This document shows, in pieces, positions 63,031-64,000 of a stretch of DNA of 64,000 nt. Made by a program: the position numbers and the translations under genes. The stretch is taken from positions 12,448 to 76,447 of the forward strand of contig JAEZKU010000005.1 in NCBI GenBank assembly GCA_023436065.1, in the 5' to 3' direction. Position 1 is the first letter of the stretch; every line of letters begins with the position of its first letter. The stretch comes from Bacillota bacterium (GTDB lineage: Bacteria; Bacillota; Clostridia; Lachnospirales; Lachnospiraceae). The notes below the pieces were generated by a model that searched no databases, was not told the DNA's origin, and was given only the letters and a program-made list of their open reading frames with translations.

Positions 63031-63714
63031 GTGTCAATAACGGGAGAAGATGAAAGCTTCATGAGCGATACGCTCGGATTTTGGAAGGATCTTACCGCCC
63101 AACAAAAGCTCATGCTGAAGGAAGCGGTTATCATAAAGAATTTTTCTGTCGGCGAATCGATGCATAGCGGCTCTGAGCAATGCTCCGGATTGTTTTTGCT
63201 CCGCTCCGGCCAGGTAAGAGCTTATAGTCTGTCAGAGACGGGGAAGGAGATAACGCTCTATCGGTTGTTTGAAAGAGATGTCTGTATCTTTTCGGCCTCC
63301 TGTATCATGAAAAATATTACCTTTGACATCTATGTGGAGGTGGAAAAGGATACGACAGCCTATCTGATTCCGACGGCAGTCTTTCGAAAGCTGTCAGATG
63401 AATCCCTGGCAATCCAGATATTCACGAATAATCTGATGGCCTCCCGTTTCTCTGATGTCATGTGGATTATGGAGCAGGCTCTGTTCACCAGCTTTGATAA
63501 GAGACTGGCGTCCTTTTTGCAGGAGCAGATGGTGATTGAGGGAAGGACCACCCTGTCCATTACACACGAAAAGATAGCGGCACATCTGGGAACGGCGCGT
63601 GAGGTGGTAACAAGGATGTTGAAGTACTTCCAGAACGATGGCATCGTAGTCTTAAGGCGCGGAACGATTGAGATTCTAAGTGAAGAGAAGCTTAGAAAGC
63701 AGATTGAGAATTGA
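63031..63714 (+). CDS. Crp/Fnr-family regulator
   Basis: cNMP-type domain (GKEITLYRL) and THE-IA-HLGTAREVVTR HTH. Confidence 0.92.
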   Translation: MSITGEDESFMSDTLGFWKDLTAQQKLMLKEAVIIKNFSVGESMHSGSEQCSGLFLLRSGQVRAYSLSETGKEITLYRLFERDVCIFSASCIMKNITFDIYVEVEKDTTAYLIPTAVFRKLSDESLAIQIFTNNLMASRFSDVMWIMEQALFTSFDKRLASFLQEQMVIEGRTTLSITHEKIAAHLGTAREVVTRMLKYFQNDGIVVLRRGTIEILSEEKLRKQIEN

Positions 63715-63792
63715 AATTAAGGTGGATGCTGATACAAAAAGTATGATTAAAAGTAAGAAAAGATGACGAAATTTCATGGAATAATCGCCTAG

Positions 63793-63821
63793 TTGACATA
63801 GAATCCGCGGAAGCGTAAAAT
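63793..63821 (+). promoter_or_regulatory. SigA-type promoter
   Basis: TTGACA-17 bp-TAAAAT. Confidence 0.7.
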
Positions 63822-63867
63822 AGTACCAAAGAGTATTTCAAGGTTACATAAGACAAGGAGGATTACG

Positions 63868-64000
63868 ATGAAGTTAACTTTTTTGGGTGCGGCTCATGAA
63901 GTGACCGGCAGCTGTTATTATCTGGAAGCCTGCGGTAGAAATATATTAATTGACTGCGGTATGGAACAGGGCAGAGATACCTATGAGAATCAGGAAATAC
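63868..64000 (+). CDS. MBL-fold (beta-CASP-like) hydrolase, 5' part; runs off the window
   Basis: [17 protein letters not shown]...LIDCGM-QG behind AAGGAGG. Confidence 0.85.
   Translation, partial: MKLTFLGAAHEVTGSCYYLEACGRNILIDCGMEQGRDTYENQEI

Overview
Chromosomal window from a spore-forming, saccharolytic Clostridia-class bacterium; gene content and style suggest Lachnospiraceae (inference). In order: the end of a glycogen operon (glgC partial, glgD, glgA, a second atypical glgA); a coat-F-like gene; a diguanylate cyclase; a short MutS2 paralogue without an Smr domain behind a long attenuator-like leader; a glucuronoxylan-oligosaccharide locus (GH43, AraC, GH3, GH67, UxuB-like); YyaL; an AT-rich patch with decayed genes at both ends; a CYP152-type P450; a LysM-GH18 spore protein; a LysR plus an orphan MadB-like Na+-pump beta subunit; a secreted LRR/CAP protein; GH2 plus AraC; an Opp-type sugar ABC operon with GH3 next to an AraC-GH39 fusion that has lost its acid/base residue; murI; a flavin amine oxidase; xpt and a nucleoside ABC transporter; an MFS pump; a Crp/Fnr regulator; and the start of an MBL-fold nuclease. 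I saw no rRNA, tRNA, CRISPR array or transposase. The strongest unexplained signals are (1) the uORF and tandem-terminator leader of the MutS2 paralogue, (2) two families of dispersed 120-170 nt structured intergenic elements whose stems covary between copies, (3) the AraC-GH39 pseudo-enzyme regulator and (4) the stand-alone MadB-like module. All family calls come from motif recognition by eye; no searches were run.
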